Shown here: positions 8,700 through 15,968 of the stretch, piece after piece | How the letters are laid out: each line of letters opens with the position of its first letter | Numbering within the stretch: position 1 is the stretch's first letter | From: Methanobacteriota archaeon | GTDB lineage: Archaea > Thermoplasmatota > E2 > DHVEG-1 | Length of the DNA stretch: 24,000 nt | Direction of reading: 5' to 3' | Assembly (NCBI GenBank): GCA_963769885.1 | Contig: CAVYNH010000006.1 | Coordinates: 409,791-433,790 of the forward strand | Notes under the pieces: model-generated | Told to the model about the DNA's origin: nothing | Seen by the model: only the letters and a program-made list of their open reading frames with translations | The model's database searches: none | Position numbers and translations under genes: made by a program

Positions 8700-8834
8700 A
8701 TGACGCAGTACTGTAGTGTGTGTGGCGACGAGTTGGAGCCCGAGGAAGAGCAAGAGGGGATTTGCGAGAGCTGTAAGCTGGCGCAGGTCGAGGAGCCGAG
8801 TTCGGATGAAGGCGAGGTTCAGCCGTCGCGGTAG
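8700..8834 (+). CDS. Small zinc-ribbon protein (44 aa), not in the supplied ORF track
   Basis: Encodes MTQYCSVCGDELEPEEEQEGICESCKLAQVEEPSSDEGEVQPSR, a CxxC-x14-CxxC pattern with an acidic tail. GGAG lies 11 nt upstream and TTTTATATA lies at 8627-8635. It is followed by a T7-G-T9 tract. Confidence 0.45.
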   Translation: MTQYCSVCGDELEPEEEQEGICESCKLAQVEEPSSDEGEVQPSR

Positions 8835-8866
8835 TCGTGGGTGTGTTCGGGTCTGGTAGCCTTCGG

Positions 8867-8883
8867 TTTTTTTGTTTTTTTTT
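8867..8883 (+). terminator. Oligo-T terminator (T7-G-T9)
   Basis: GGTTTTTTTGTTTTTTTTTG lies 33 nt after the stop of the small zinc-ribbon ORF. Archaeal RNA polymerase terminates at oligo-T tracts. Confidence 0.5.
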
Positions 8884-8895
8884 GTCGCTGTGATG

Positions 8896-8910
8896 GATAT
8901 AATTAAATAG
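8896..8910 (+). promoter_or_regulatory. TATA-like box for the RAM-domain gene
   Basis: GATATAATTAAATAG lies about 50-60 nt upstream of the ATG at 8959, with a TAGGAGA Shine-Dalgarno-like site at 8944-8950. Confidence 0.4.
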
Positions 8911-8958
8911 TCTTGGGGCGTTGACGGGGCCGGAGTAACCTACTAGGAGAACCGGTCT

Positions 8959-9192
8959 ATGGCTATTGGGTTTGTTTTGATCCACGTCGCACCTGCGCAT
9001 GAGCATGAGGTGTACAATAAGCTGACCAAGCTGCCGCAGATCATCGAGCTGCATCCGCTGTTCGGCGAGTACGATCTCATCGCGAAGATCGAGGCGAAGG
9101 ATTTTGAGGAGCTGGGGACGATCATCGTCAACCGGATCCGGTCGATCACCGGCGTGCTTGATACGAAGACGTTGACGGGGCTGACGTTCTAG
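8959..9192 (+). CDS. Stand-alone Lrp/AsnC ligand-binding (RAM) domain protein
   Basis: 77 aa. IHVAPAHEHEVYNKL...IELHPLFGEYDLIAKIEAKDFEEL...I..I.GVLDTKTL fits the beta-alpha-beta-beta-alpha-beta AsnC_trans_reg domain. There is no HTH domain. Confidence 0.75.
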   Translation: MAIGFVLIHVAPAHEHEVYNKLTKLPQIIELHPLFGEYDLIAKIEAKDFEELGTIIVNRIRSITGVLDTKTLTGLTF

Positions 9193-9722
9193 TCTCTGTT
9201 TTTTTCTTTGTTGTTTTTTTGGTACATGCGGTAGGCGGTCTGTCGGTCTGGGAGGACTAGGCCGTTGTGCAGGTCGCCGGTGTACGCGGAGATGGTCGGC
9301 TGCGGGTGTCGTGAGGGGGCGTCCATTTTGAGGATGAGGAGTTGGCCGATGCGCATGCCTTCTTTGAGGGTGAAGGCGGTGTCTGAGGCGTTGAAGATCT
9401 CGAGGGTGAGGTTGCCTTCGGCGCCGGGGCTGATGAGCATGCTGCCCATGTGTGAGGTGATGCCGAAGCGGGCGAGGGTGGTGGAGCCGTCGTAGAGGCC
9501 GGCGTGGTCGTCGGGCATGGTGATGCGTTCGAGGGTGGAGCTGAGGATGAGTTTTTTGGGTTCGAGGATGTAGCTTGGTTGGGTGAGGATGTGTCCGGCG
9601 GGTTTGGCGAACTGGTCGGAGAGGTGGAGGCGGATGGAGGCGGATTTGAGGACCGGCTTGGGGGTGATGCGCAGTTTCTTCTCTTTGAGGAGGCGCGTGA
9701 TGGATTGGTCGGAGAGGAGCAT
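9189..9722 (-). CDS. dcd: dCTP deaminase (dUTPase superfamily)
   Basis: 177 aa. Has an MLLSDQSI N-terminus, DGSTTLARFGITSH (S-x-x-R-x-G), ISPGAEGNLTLEIFN and GMRIGQLLI, which are the typical Dcd motifs. Its stop shares a CTAG with the convergent RAM-domain gene. Confidence 0.85.
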   Translation of the reverse strand: MLLSDQSITRLLKEKKLRITPKPVLKSASIRLHLSDQFAKPAGHILTQPSYILEPKKLILSSTLERITMPDDHAGLYDGSTTLARFGITSHMGSMLISPGAEGNLTLEIFNASDTAFTLKEGMRIGQLLILKMDAPSRHPQPTISAYTGDLHNGLVLPDRQTAYRMYQKNNKEKNRD

Positions 9723-9860
9723 GGGTATCGATGCGGGGTAGGGGTGGGGGGCTTAAAATAGCCTTCGTGGTAGATTTTTGGGTTTGCTGATTTGTGCGTT
9801 GTGCCGTTTTTCCTCACAGTGTTTTTATTGCTGGGATGACAGAAGAGGGTACTGGGAGAG

Positions 9861-10943
9861 ATGTTTTGTATGAGGGAAGCCCGTGGAGTTGTCGTATGTA
9901 CGATCATAGCGGCTCTGTTTCTTGTGGGCATCTATCCTGTGGGTGCCCAGAGTCCGCCGATCGCCGATGCTGGTGGCCCCTATGTGGGGTACGAGTGCAA
10001 TGTCCTGTATTTTGATGCCTCGCGGTCGTTCGATCCGGACCATGATGCGTTGCAGTACCGGTGGGATTTCAACGGCGACGGGGTCTTTGATACGTCCTGG
10101 TCGTCGGAGCCGGACGCGTTGTATCAGTGGTTGGATGATTTCACGGGGACGTGCCAGGTCCAGGTTTCGGATGGGCAGTCGATCTCGGATGCGACTGCCG
10201 CTGTCCGGATCATGAACGTGTATCCTGTCATCGAGTCCATCACGGGGCCGGCGTATCCCGTCGAGGTCGGCTCTGAGGTCTATATCTTCGTCTCATTTTT
10301 TGATGGGGATGACCGCAGCGGCGTCCTCTCGGCTGATTCGTTCCAGGCGGTGTTCACGTGGAGCGATGGCACGCAGACGACGTATCAGGTGCCCAGCGGG
10401 GTCCAGACGGTCACCGGGACTCATGTCTACAGCGACCCTGGAGTGTACCCGGTCTTCGTCGAGATCACGGATGATGATAACGGCTCGTGTTCCGGTTCGT
10501 ACTACTACGTGGTCGTGTTTGAGCCGAATCCGCTGCCGGGCACCGGGTTTGTGACGGGCGGCGGCTGGATCCTCTCACCGCCCGGTGCGTACCGGTTGAA
10601 CCTGACGTTGACCGGCCAGGCGAACTTCGGGTTCAACGCCAAGTATCACAAAGGCAAGCAGATCCCCTCGGGTGAGACCGAGTTCAATTTGCATGTCGCG
10701 AGCTTGAACTTCCATTCCACGGACTACGAGTGGTTGATCGTGACGGGGAACCGGGCCCGGTACAAGGGGAACGGCACCATTAACGGCGACGGCGACTATG
10801 CGTTTATGCTCACCGGAGTCGATAACGGGAACAGGGGGGACCAGTTCCGCATCAAGATCTGGGACAAGGCGATCGGCACCCTAATCTATGACAATAACCA
10901 AGACCAGATCATCGACGGCGGGCAGATCGTGGTCCACCAGTAA
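9861..10943 (+). CDS. Secreted protein with two PKD-like domains and a C-terminal beta-rich domain
   Basis: Signal peptide M(FCM)REARGVVVCTIIAALFLVGIYPVGAQS. First PKD domain: PIADAGGPYVGYECNVLYFDASRSFDPDHDALQYRWDFNGDG. Second PKD-like domain ends GTHVYSDPGVYPVFVEITDDDNG. The C-terminal GGGWI....ANFGFNAKY...YAFMLTGVDNGNRGDQFRIKIWD module is of a type seen in many secreted proteins. Confidence 0.75.
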   Translation: MFCMREARGVVVCTIIAALFLVGIYPVGAQSPPIADAGGPYVGYECNVLYFDASRSFDPDHDALQYRWDFNGDGVFDTSWSSEPDALYQWLDDFTGTCQVQVSDGQSISDATAAVRIMNVYPVIESITGPAYPVEVGSEVYIFVSFFDGDDRSGVLSADSFQAVFTWSDGTQTTYQVPSGVQTVTGTHVYSDPGVYPVFVEITDDDNGSCSGSYYYVVVFEPNPLPGTGFVTGGGWILSPPGAYRLNLTLTGQANFGFNAKYHKGKQIPSGETEFNLHVASLNFHSTDYEWLIVTGNRARYKGNGTINGDGDYAFMLTGVDNGNRGDQFRIKIWDKAIGTLIYDNNQDQIIDGGQIVVHQ

Positions 10944-11079
10944 GCCAGAGGACCTTCCCCCCTCCCCTCCTTTTCTTTTCGAGTCTCTTCTCTGTTCTTC
11001 CTAATTCCCCCTAGTCCCTAAGGAGTTCCCGGCTTGATCCGCGTCAACCCCCCCGCTTCATTGTACAATAATTATTAGA

Positions 11080-11150
11080 CAGCCCCGGGCGGATTTGAAC
11101 CGCCGACGTTGGCTCCAAAGGCCAAAATGTTGCCACTACACCACGGGGCT
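11080..11150 (-). tRNA. tRNA-Gln (anticodon UUG)
   Basis: Minus strand reads AGCCCCG-TG-GTGT-AGTGGCA-ACAT-T-TTGGC-CTTTGGA-GCCAA-CGTC-GGCGG-TTCAAAT-CCGCC-CGGGGCT-G. It folds by hand into a full cloverleaf: 7-bp acceptor, 4-bp D stem, 5-bp anticodon stem, 5-bp T stem. U33 and purine 37 flank the TTG anticodon. Has A1:U72 and G73, with no encoded CCA. Confidence 0.9.
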
Positions 11151-11181
11151 CCACGCAGCAAGGGAAAACAGCCACAGGATT

Positions 11182-12864
11182 TTAAGGTTTAGCACCCGCC
11201 GCGCCCTGGATCTTCCCCCAGGTATCCCGCAGCTCCACCGACCGATTCAACACCAAACGCGTCGCAGTCGACCCCGGATCCACGCAGAAATACCCCAGCC
11301 GCTCGAACTGGAACCGGTCCAATGGCTTGCAGTGACGGACCGTCGGCTCGACCTTACAGCCATGCAGGACCTCAAGAGACCGCGGGTTCAGGAACTCCTT
11401 GAAATCCGCCCCCTTCTGATCCAGCGGGTCGCGTACCGTGAACAGCTTGTTGTAGAGCCGGACCTCCGCCTCCACCGCATGCCGGGCAGAGACCCAATGG
11501 ATCGTGGACTTCACCTTGCGGCCGTCCGGGGCGTACCCACCCTTGGTCTGCGGGTCGTACGTACAGCGCAACTCCACGACCCGACCATCCTTCTTCACGA
11601 CATCCTTGCAGGTGATGAAGTACGCGTACCGCAATCTGACCTCGCGGCCGGGCGCGAGCCGATAGAACTTCGGCGGCGGCTGCTCCATGAAATCCTCCTG
11701 CTCGATGAACAGGGTCTTGGAGAACGGGATCCGTCGGGACCCCATGGACGGGTCCTCGGGGTTGTTGACCGCCTCGACCTCCTCGGTCGTCTCAGGATAG
11801 TTCTCGATCGTCACCTTCAACGGCCGCAGCACACCCATGTACCGCGGTGCCGCCCTGTTGAGGTCATCGCGGATGCAGTGCTCCAGGAACTCGTAGTCGA
11901 CGATGCTGTTGAACTTCGCGACCCCGATGCGCTTGGAGAACAACCGAATCCCCGAGGGCGAGTACCCGCGCCGGCGCATCCCGGAGATCGTCGGCAGCCT
12001 CGGGTCGTCCCACCCGTTGACGTACTTCCCCTCGACGAGCTGCAGCAGCAGCCGCTTGCTCATCACCGTAAAGGTGAGGTTCAGCCGTGCGAACTCGATC
12101 TGCTGCGGATGATACACCCCGAGCGCGTCCAGGAACCAATCGTACAGCGGCCGATGGTTCTCAAACTCCAGCGTACAGATGGAATGCGTGATCCGCTCAA
12201 GGGAATCCTCCAGCCCATGCGCCCAGTCGTACATCGGGTAGATACACCATTTATCCCCCGTGTTGTGGTGCGTCGCATGCAGGATGCGGTACATCACCGG
12301 GTCCCGCAAGTTCAGGTTCGGATGGTTCATGTCGATCTTCGCACGCAGGACCTTGGAGCCGTCCGGGAACTCCCCCGCCTTCATGCGGCGGAACAAGGAG
12401 AGGTTTTCCTCGATGGAGCGGTCGCGGAAGGGACCATTGATCCCGGGCTTGGTGAGCGTGCCGCGCAGGTCAGCGATCTGGTCTGCGGTCAAGTCGTCGA
12501 CATAGGCCTTCCCTTTCTTGATGAGGTCCTCGGCGTACGCGTACATCTGGTCAAAGTAATTCGAGGCGTAGAACAGCCGGTCCTGCCAGTCGAACCCCAG
12601 CCATTTCACATCGGTGATGATGGACTGGACGTACTCCTCCTCCTCTTTCGCGGGGTTCGTGTCATCGAACCGCAGGTTGCACTTCCCGTGGTACTCCTCG
12701 GCGATCCCGAAGTTCAGGCAGATGGACTTCGCATGGCCGATGTGCAGATAGCCGTTCGGTTCTGGGGGAAACCTGGTGTGTACGCGGCCCTGGTACTTCC
12801 CTGACTGAAGGTCCGCGTCGATGATTTCCCGGATAAAATCCCTGCTCGCTTGCTGTTCGCCCAT
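11182..12864 (-). CDS. glnS: Glutaminyl-tRNA synthetase, bacterial-type (no eukaryote-style N-terminal extension)
   Basis: 560 aa. From memory it is collinear over its whole length with E. coli GlnS: [39 protein letters not shown] (HIGH), [34 protein letters not shown] (KMSKS), [39 protein letters not shown]. The 569-aa + strand ORF 11095..12804 is its antisense shadow. Confidence 0.9.
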   Translation of the reverse strand: MGEQQASRDFIREIIDADLQSGKYQGRVHTRFPPEPNGYLHIGHAKSICLNFGIAEEYHGKCNLRFDDTNPAKEEEEYVQSIITDVKWLGFDWQDRLFYASNYFDQMYAYAEDLIKKGKAYVDDLTADQIADLRGTLTKPGINGPFRDRSIEENLSLFRRMKAGEFPDGSKVLRAKIDMNHPNLNLRDPVMYRILHATHHNTGDKWCIYPMYDWAHGLEDSLERITHSICTLEFENHRPLYDWFLDALGVYHPQQIEFARLNLTFTVMSKRLLLQLVEGKYVNGWDDPRLPTISGMRRRGYSPSGIRLFSKRIGVAKFNSIVDYEFLEHCIRDDLNRAAPRYMGVLRPLKVTIENYPETTEEVEAVNNPEDPSMGSRRIPFSKTLFIEQEDFMEQPPPKFYRLAPGREVRLRYAYFITCKDVVKKDGRVVELRCTYDPQTKGGYAPDGRKVKSTIHWVSARHAVEAEVRLYNKLFTVRDPLDQKGADFKEFLNPRSLEVLHGCKVEPTVRHCKPLDRFQFERLGYFCVDPGSTATRLVLNRSVELRDTWGKIQGAAGAKP

Positions 12865-12905
12865 CTGACACCGACTCCCACATCAGACTCACTAGGAGTA
12901 GACAG

Positions 12906-12977
12906 CAGCCCCGAGCGGATTCGAACCGCTGACAAGAGATCCAGAGTCTCCTATGTTAACCGCTACACCACGGGGCT
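12906..12977 (-). tRNA. tRNA-Gln (anticodon CUG)
   Basis: Minus strand reads AGCCCCG-TG-GTGT-AGCGGTTA-ACAT-A-GGAGA-CTCTGGA-TCTCT-TGTC-AGCGG-TTCGAAT-CCGCT-CGGGGCT-G. The cloverleaf folds by hand. Anticodon is CTG. The acceptor and D stems are identical to those of the UUG isoacceptor. Has A1:U72 and G73, with no encoded CCA. Confidence 0.9.
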
Positions 12978-13017
12978 TTCACGACCAATGAAACAAGGTG
13001 CAGATAAAAAAACTCAC

Positions 13018-13030
13018 TATATAACCTTTC
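13018..13030 (-). promoter_or_regulatory. BRE/TATA promoter candidate for the tRNA-Gln(CUG)-glnS-tRNA-Gln(UUG) unit
   Basis: Minus strand reads GAAAGG-TTATATA, a purine-rich BRE-like element followed by a TATA box, about 45 nt upstream of the tRNA 5' end. Confidence 0.45.
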
Positions 13031-13130
13031 AGGCCACCTGATGTCTTTGGGCGTCCTGCGGGCATAATATATCGAGGTGTAAAACGACCCGTGAAAAACG
13101 GATGAAGAAGAGTAAGAGTGAGGGGCGTGG

Positions 13131-13751
13131 TTAGCTGAGGGCGAAAACGTCGTCAGGGATATCGTCGAAGGAGATGTTGGTCAGCAAAACAGTGGTGGTC
13201 ATATTTGGGCCGAAGATGGCGGGGGTGGATTCGATTTTGAGGGGAAGGCCGTTGTCGTTCCAGAGCCAGGCGCGAACGGTGGTGTTGGTCACGTGTGTGC
13301 CGGTTTGGTATTGAACGATGGTGGTTTGTTTGCCGTCGATGACGTCGGTGCCGACCTGGGTGAGGTGGGCGGTGAGCATCTGGTTGGTGCAGTTGCCGAC
13401 AATGTTGGGGATGGGTATGGGAGAGTTGTCCCAGGTGTGGGTCATGATGTTATACATGTAGGTGCCGTTTGGGGTACTGATATAAGTGGCCGTATAATTT
13501 TCGACGTATTCTTGTTGTTTCATGTAGTGAGGTTTTTGCCAGAAGTGAGAGGTGAGGGTCACGTTATTGGTGGTGCCTATGGTGTCGGTGGTGACGATGG
13601 TGGTCATGTCGTAGTTGATAGTGGTGATCTGGTTGGCCTTGCTTACGAGGGTGGTGAGGGGGTTGGCTTGGGTGTTGGTCTGGGTGCATCCAGAAAGGAG
13701 AAGGATAGCGAGGAGGAGGGCTACACCGAGGAGTGCGTGTGTGCGTGGCAT
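13131..13751 (-). CDS. Predicted lipoprotein, LolA-like/DUF4367-like fold suspected
   Basis: 206 aa. MPRTHALLGVALLLAILLLSGC is a signal peptide with a lipobox (LSGC). The mature part is rich in Thr, Asn and N-x-S/T sequons. The late segment DVIDGKQTTIVQY....AWLWNDNGLPLKIE resembles lipoprotein-sorting-like beta-barrel proteins. The family call is weak. Confidence 0.6.
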   Translation of the reverse strand: MPRTHALLGVALLLAILLLSGCTQTNTQANPLTTLVSKANQITTINYDMTTIVTTDTIGTTNNVTLTSHFWQKPHYMKQQEYVENYTATYISTPNGTYMYNIMTHTWDNSPIPIPNIVGNCTNQMLTAHLTQVGTDVIDGKQTTIVQYQTGTHVTNTTVRAWLWNDNGLPLKIESTPAIFGPNMTTTVLLTNISFDDIPDDVFALS

Positions 13752-13814
13752 GGTCGTGGGAATCTGGTAGCGGTTTGATTAAGGTTCCGTTCTCCTGGCA
13801 GCTCCCGTGCTTTC

Positions 13815-14753
13815 TTATGGTCTGGTGAACAGGATTCCACCGTCGGAGGTGGAAGCGGTGAGGGTGTCGGCGTTGGTGACGTAAATGGTTATCCCCCGGC
13901 GGTATGCGCTACTGACCCAGATGATGTAGTCCGCGGGCTCCGCGGGGTGGGCGAGCACATTGGGGATCAGGATCCCGCTGATGTTTTCCCCTGATTCGAG
14001 GAGTATTTCCACGTGGTCGCGGGTCTGGGTGATCGTCGCGTTCTCGACTTGGGTGGCGTTGCCGTCCACGTCGTAGAAGGTCGCGGTCCAGTTCCCTGCG
14101 ATGACCGGGTAGGTCGCCGCAGGCTCGATCTTGAGGAGGGTGGCGGTCACGTCGTCGAGGTAGTAGGTGCGGTTGGTCTCCCAGGTGCCCCAGACGCCGA
14201 TGGCGGGGTAGAGGAGACCGGTGTCGGTGGTGGTGACGAAGTCGTAGGATTTCGTGAGCCAGGTGAGGGTGCCGTTGTCTTGGCCGTTGTCGGTGGTGTC
14301 TTGGTAGGTGAGGTCGGCTTTTGTGGGGGGCTGGGTGGTGACGCCGGTGATAATGGTGAAGGCGTTTACGCCGTAGTCCATGGAGGCGAGCTGGTAGGTG
14401 ACGGTGATGTAGTATTGGGTGTTGGGTTGTGCGTGGATGGCTCTCTGGATCCAGATCTTGCCGGCGTCGTTGAGGTTGTTGAGGTAGAGTTCGAGGCTGC
14501 GGTTGCCGTCGTAGGACTGGTTGCTTGTGGGGGTGATCCACCAGGTGATGGGGGGGTCGAGCAGGTCGGTGCCGTTGGCGGTCCAGTTGTCCATGGAGGT
14601 TTCGAAGGAGCTGTAGGTGGTGTTCGCGGCCGGGGGGTTCTGCACGAGGGGCTGGGTGGCTGGTCTGCTGGTGAGGATGAGGGTGACGGCGGCCGAGGTG
14701 ATGGAGAAGATGATGAGGCAGCTGGCGAGGATGGCTTTGGTGACGAGGCGCAT
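13815..14753 (-). CDS. Membrane-anchored or secreted glycoprotein candidate, unknown function
   Basis: Track ORF 13815..14762 begins at a TTG; the ATG at 14753 gives MRLVTKAILASCLIIFSITSAAVTLILTS, an N-terminal TM or signal anchor. There are about 11 N-x-S/T sequons. FETSMDNWTANG...GNRSLELYL resembles the start of a jelly-roll/CBM-like domain. It sits 63 nt upstream of the lipoprotein gene and is probably co-transcribed with it. Confidence 0.6.
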   Translation of the reverse strand: MRLVTKAILASCLIIFSITSAAVTLILTSRPATQPLVQNPPAANTTYSSFETSMDNWTANGTDLLDPPITWWITPTSNQSYDGNRSLELYLNNLNDAGKIWIQRAIHAQPNTQYYITVTYQLASMDYGVNAFTIITGVTTQPPTKADLTYQDTTDNGQDNGTLTWLTKSYDFVTTTDTGLLYPAIGVWGTWETNRTYYLDDVTATLLKIEPAATYPVIAGNWTATFYDVDGNATQVENATITQTRDHVEILLESGENISGILIPNVLAHPAEPADYIIWVSSAYRRGITIYVTNADTLTASTSDGGILFTRP

Positions 14754-15140
14754 GATGACCAAGTATTGGGATAGGATCAGGTCTTTTTACCCTTGTGGAA
14801 AATGTTTGGGAATCGCCGAACTACTCGGGGTGGGTTAAGGTTGTGTGAAGACAATCGAAGTTTTGTCAGCGAGGAAGCAGCCGTAGAGGGGGCAGGTGGT
14901 CTGTTTGGTGATGTCGTCGGTCTCGAACTCCCGCCGGCGGCAGAGATGGAGGACGATGGCCTTCAGGGGTGAGGTTAATACCGGTTGTTATTTGGGGATA
15001 GTGGAAAAATGCTCGTAGAATATCGCAGTCACGTTGTTTTCGGTCCTTGTCTTTTTGTACACTAGGGGTTCAGGGGGGTGAGGCGCGGGGAGCCAGTAAA
15101 GCCTTTTGAGATTAAGATACCCGAATTAAAATTGTTAAAA

Positions 15141-15182
15141 ACATGAATTAAAACCGTGTTAATACTTCTGTTTTGAATTTTT
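15141..15182 (+). repeat. Left copy of an imperfect direct repeat flanking the AT-rich ORF
   Basis: Left copy reads ACATGAATTAAAACCGTGTTAATACTTCTG-TTTTGAATTTTT; right copy at 15908-15968 reads ACATGCGTTTATACCGTGTTAATGCTTCTG-(21-nt insert)-TTGAATTTTT. The 21-nt cores 15150-15170 and 15917-15937 match at 18 of 21 positions by hand count. Confidence 0.6.
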
Positions 15183-15192
15183 ATCTATTACA

Positions 15193-15208
15193 AACATTTA
15201 AATAAATG
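15193..15208 (+). promoter_or_regulatory. Palindromic AT-rich element overlapping a TATA-like sequence upstream of the 15255 gene
   Basis: ACATTTA-AA-TAAATGT is a 7-bp inverted repeat with a 2-nt spacer, about 50 nt upstream of the ATG at 15255. A strong GGGGAGG Shine-Dalgarno site lies 8 nt before the ATG. Confidence 0.35.
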
Positions 15209-15254
15209 TGCAATATATTTAATCATGTCCTGATGTAACAGGGGAGGCAAGAAT

Positions 15255-15710
15255 ATGAGAGAAAGAACTATTTTGAAGAAAGCTGGAGTTTTTTCCGTGA
15301 TAGCAGTATTGCTATTGACTGCGACTGGTATGACAGTAAGTGCAAGAAACGATACGACACAATCGGTCACCACTTGTGCACCCATTGGTGACCCAACGAA
15401 TGTCACCTTCAACTTCAAAGGCGGTTTCGGTTTCACTATTGTGATAACAAATACTGGTAACGCAACAATGGCCATCAAAAATTGGACCTACAACATAAAC
15501 ATGACTCTGGGTCTGATTCTCCTTGGCAAAACAAAGAGTGGTACTAACATAACGCTTGCGCCAGGAGCATCAACCAAAATAAAAACGATACCCATCGGCA
15601 TAGGTGTAGGAACTGTTGAAATTAACATGTCCGTGCCTGATGAATATGTGTATGAATATTGGGAACGTGTTTATTTTATCGGTCCTTTTGTTCTACCACC
15701 CCAATCATAG
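15255..15710 (+). CDS. Small secreted protein with a CARDB-like beta domain (unknown function)
   Basis: 151 aa. Has a strong SD (GGGGAGG) and the signal peptide MRERTILKKAGVFSVIAVLLLTATGMTVSA. The mature domain ITNTGNATMAIKNWTYNI...GLILLGKTKSG...LAPGAS...IGIGVGTVEI aligns by eye with the C-terminal domain of the 23395.. protein. The codon usage is AT-rich and unlike the rest of the window. Confidence 0.7.
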   Translation: MRERTILKKAGVFSVIAVLLLTATGMTVSARNDTTQSVTTCAPIGDPTNVTFNFKGGFGFTIVITNTGNATMAIKNWTYNINMTLGLILLGKTKSGTNITLAPGASTKIKTIPIGIGVGTVEINMSVPDEYVYEYWERVYFIGPFVLPPQS

Positions 15711-15764
15711 ATAGCTAAAATCGACAACATACTTCCATAGAACATCCATTCGCTCTCTTTCTTA

Positions 15765-15788
15765 TTTTTTTGCTTTCGCACAAAAAAA
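15765..15788 (+). terminator. Oligo-T tract / weak hairpin terminator after the 15255..15710 gene
   Basis: TTTTTTTGC-TTTC-GCACAAAAAAA is a T7 run followed by an A/T-rich imperfect hairpin, 55 nt after the stop codon. Confidence 0.4.
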
Positions 15789-15852
15789 CCATGATCAATT
15801 TTTGTCTCAAAACCATGTCAATACTTGCATCAAAAACAATGATAGATTTATA
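15785..15852 (+). repeat. Three tandemly spaced degenerate copies of the same 20-nt motif family (AAAACCRTGWYAATACTT-like)
   Basis: Copies are AAAACCATGATCAATTTTTG (15785), AAAACCATGTCAATACTTGCA (15809-15829; 16 of 21 identical to 15150-15170) and AAAAACAATGATAGATTTATA (15832). They are spaced about 23-27 nt apart and share the orientation of the flanking repeats. Confidence 0.5.
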
Positions 15853-15907
15853 TACTACAAGAAAAAACCTAAATTCAATCCCGTTTTCTATTGTTTACGT
15901 CAAGTCG

Positions 15908-15968
15908 ACATGCGTTTATACCGTGTTAATGCTTCTGATTTCTAAGGATATGTTTTTATTGAATTTTT
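15908..15968 (+). repeat. Right copy of the imperfect direct repeat flanking the AT-rich ORF
   Basis: See the left copy at 15141-15182. It has the same orientation and lies about 767 bp away. Confidence 0.6.

Noticed and set aside
11095-12804. A 569-aa + strand ORF rich in Arg, Pro and Leu, the longest ORF in the window.
   Set aside because: It lies exactly antisense to glnS, which has unmistakable class I synthetase motifs. The product has no recognisable motifs and its composition is what stop-free antisense reading of a skewed GC-rich gene produces.
14836-14980. A minus-strand open frame of about 47 codons (..AIVLHLCRRREFETDDITKQTTCPLYGCFLADKTSIVFTQP*) with host-like C-rich codons, in the intergenic region upstream of the 13815 gene.
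   Set aside because: There is no ATG, GTG or TTG start between the upstream in-frame TAA and the stop, and no recognisable motif. It may be a gene remnant, but that cannot be supported.
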